A stretch of 28,922 nucleotides of DNA, from IMG/VR virus record IMGVR_UViG_3300013901_000011, positions 1 through 28,922 of that record; one strand, written 5' to 3'. The position numbers and the translations under genes were made by a program. This stretch comes from a virus. Shown here one piece after another: positions 26,986 to 28,922 of this stretch; within the stretch, counting starts at the first letter, position 1, and each line of letters starts with the position of its first letter. The notes beneath the pieces were generated by a model. It was not told where the DNA came from and did not search any database. It saw only the letters and a program-made list of their open reading frames with translations.

Positions 26986-27097
26986 TACTTTTTTATGGGA
27001 AAGATTAAAAATCCAAAAATTGGATTAAAAAATTCTAAATCGCCTTTTGATTTGGGTTTGCGGTTAGAGCATCTGCCACCGGTACGAGCCTAGATAA

Positions 27098-28891
27098 TTA
27101 AAAATAATACTCAGTACTTCCAACTATTTGATAATCTTCAATTAAGATTTGAGGAGTAACTTCTCCGCCCCATGTATTCTTTGCACATTTACCAACCAAA
27201 TCAATTTTTACACTTCCATTCTCAGAACATAATGCTTCAAATTCTTCTTCAGAAGCTTTGAATTTCATTATATCAACGCCGCAAGGAAGTTTGATTCTAA
27301 TAGTTGGATTTTTGTCTTTAGATAAAAGCTGAATGTTATTTTTAGTAACATTTAATCCTTTAATACCAACATATGCTCTATCAAAATCTTGCCCCCACAA
27401 ATCATTAAATCCAGATATATCCAAAATTCTTTGCTTATCTTGTGGAGTTAAGTTCTTCTCAAATAAGTAATCAACTTTATAAATTGGGTCATTTGAATAT
27501 TGAGAAAGCAATTCATCTGATTGCTCAATAAAAGTATCTATTTTATTGGCATCAAGTGAACATCCAGCTGCATTCTGATGACCTTGAACCCAGTTAACGC
27601 CCTCACATTGCTCAAGCGCCGCCTTAAAATCCATAAGTCCATTTTTAGTATATCCTCTCATAGAGCCTTCATAAGTACCATGGTCAGTTCTTGTAAGCAC
27701 CATGCAAGGTCTTTGATATTTAGCCATATGCTTATTTGCTACTAAACCTCTTATGGTTCCTTCTACTTCTTTACTTTCCAGAAGAAAAGTAAGTATTTTA
27801 TGGTCAAGAAGATTTTCTGCTTTAATTTTTTTATCAAGAAATAACATCGCATTATCTTCTAGGCGGGTCTGCCTATTTTTAATGTTTCCGATTACTCGTA
27901 CAGCTTGTAAGACTAAATCTTCTTGTTTTCCAGTTTCTTTTCCTCTCTTTACTTCTGGAATTTTCTTATGCGCTTTATATTCAAGCATTGAATCAAATAT
28001 TAAGTGTTTCTCATTTAATTCACCTGTTCTTGTTGTAGCATTTACGAAAGGAACAATAAAGAAAGCCGCTCCAATATCTGTACAAGCTTGAGTTTCATAT
28101 GCACTAGCATAATCTGTTTTTCCTAACGGAAAACTATTTTTATCTAACATATATTCAATGAAAGGGTTATGAATATTATCTTCATTTAAACCTTTCATAA
28201 TAACATGCTTGGTCTCAAACGAGTGTAAACTCATCATATCACCAATGTTAGCTAAAGCTACAAGGTCAATCAGCTGATTTGCATAATCAGTATTTAAAAT
28301 AGAATCAATGTATCGACAAAACTGCCAAGTAACTCCCGCTCCGCAGAATTCTTTATTTGGATAATCAGAGAGCTGATTATTGATTATAATGGCATCTTCA
28401 CTAATCTTATCAGCTAAGTGATGATCTAAACAAATAGTTGTTATACCGTTATCTTTTAAAATTTTGTGATATTCATAATCATTACTTCCTGCGTCTGGCA
28501 ATATTACTAACTTATATTCTGATTTTACAAAAATATCATAACAATCTTCTAATCCATGCTGTTTACCTGAATGCATGAAATAATCTAAATTATTTTCAAC
28601 CCAAGTTGGGAAAAAATAATGAAGATAATTAATAAGTAATGCTGCGCTACAATATCCATCACAATCACAGTCTACAACAATTACTGCTCTTTGTTTATTA
28701 ATTACAACTGTAATAATAGCGGATAACGCTTGATATAAAGCTTCTTTACCCAAAAGGATAAAATCATTAATATCATCATCTATAGTATTAAGATAATGAT
28801 AAAAGTCATATGGGGAAACCCCTCTATTTAATAAAATTTGTTCAATAGTGGAAAAATCTTCCCGCACATCATTTAATAGTTCTAATCTCAT
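27098..28891 (-). CDS. RecJ-like DHH-family single-strand DNA exonuclease
   Basis: The DHH-family motifs are present: VVDCDCDGYCSAAL (D-x-D motif), LPDAGSND, ICLDHH (the DHH motif) and the C-terminal QGHQNAAGCS (GGH..AAG-like). The size is 597 aa. Confidence 0.7.
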   Translation of the reverse strand: MRLELLNDVREDFSTIEQILLNRGVSPYDFYHYLNTIDDDINDFILLGKEALYQALSAIITVVINKQRAVIVVDCDCDGYCSAALLINYLHYFFPTWVENNLDYFMHSGKQHGLEDCYDIFVKSEYKLVILPDAGSNDYEYHKILKDNGITTICLDHHLADKISEDAIIINNQLSDYPNKEFCGAGVTWQFCRYIDSILNTDYANQLIDLVALANIGDMMSLHSFETKHVIMKGLNEDNIHNPFIEYMLDKNSFPLGKTDYASAYETQACTDIGAAFFIVPFVNATTRTGELNEKHLIFDSMLEYKAHKKIPEVKRGKETGKQEDLVLQAVRVIGNIKNRQTRLEDNAMLFLDKKIKAENLLDHKILTFLLESKEVEGTIRGLVANKHMAKYQRPCMVLTRTDHGTYEGSMRGYTKNGLMDFKAALEQCEGVNWVQGHQNAAGCSLDANKIDTFIEQSDELLSQYSNDPIYKVDYLFEKNLTPQDKQRILDISGFNDLWGQDFDRAYVGIKGLNVTKNNIQLLSKDKNPTIRIKLPCGVDIMKFKASEEEFEALCSENGSVKIDLVGKCAKNTWGGEVTPQILIEDYQIVGSTEYYF

Positions 28892-28922
28892 AAGTTAAAT
28901 AACTCCTTTCATATACATCACT

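Noticed and set aside
27012-27028. The palindrome aatccaaaaattggatt as a regulatory operator.
   Set aside because: A perfect 7-bp inverted repeat made entirely of A/T-rich sequence, in intergenic DNA that is mostly A and T, is expected by chance. No second copy is seen elsewhere in the window.
1-28922. CRISPR array, rRNA or a complete tRNA gene.
   Set aside because: There are no regularly spaced direct repeats and no rRNA-like or cloverleaf-forming sequences. The only tRNA-like string (27060-27077) is a fragment.

Overview
This AT-rich window looks like part of a large phage or prophage genome from a low-GC, anaerobic Firmicute host. The strongest host clues are an anaerobic ribonucleotide reductase pair NrdD/NrdG, a Firmicute-phage-type RuvC resolvase and a BclA-like protein. 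It contains three blocks. (1) Positions 1-8472 on the + strand hold a tail-fibre/adhesin module. It comprises a giant fibre of more than 1300 aa built from internally repeated modules and running off the 5' edge of the window, then a small fibre-associated ORF, then three tandem fibre paralogs that each carry a C-terminal peptidase-S74-like intramolecular chaperone domain. (2) Positions 8511-12189 on the + strand hold an accessory block of small genes bounded by rho-independent terminators. It includes a DUF1653-like protein, single-pass membrane/coiled-coil proteins, and a run of compositionally unusual proteins. That run contains a Gln/Pro/Tyr-rich protein, a Gly-rich Cys-cluster membrane protein, a protein resembling the Bacillus exosporium BclA C-terminal domain that ends in ...IVERVA, and an orphan HEXXH metallopeptidase. 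(3) Positions 12216-28891 on the - strand hold a converging DNA replication and nucleotide-metabolism module. It encodes RecJ-like DHH exonuclease, an S24 (UmuD'/LexA-like) peptidase domain protein, RecD/Dda-like SF1 helicase, a DnaE-type Pol III alpha, guanylate-kinase-like NMP kinase, NrdD, NrdG, dUTPase and RuvC-like resolvase. The Pol III alpha gene is split into three exons by two group I introns. Each intron carries a free-standing GIY-YIG homing endonuclease gene, and each sits inside a universally conserved polymerase motif. No rRNA, complete tRNA or CRISPR array was seen. The short ORFs on the opposite strand that lie inside the large genes are judged spurious.
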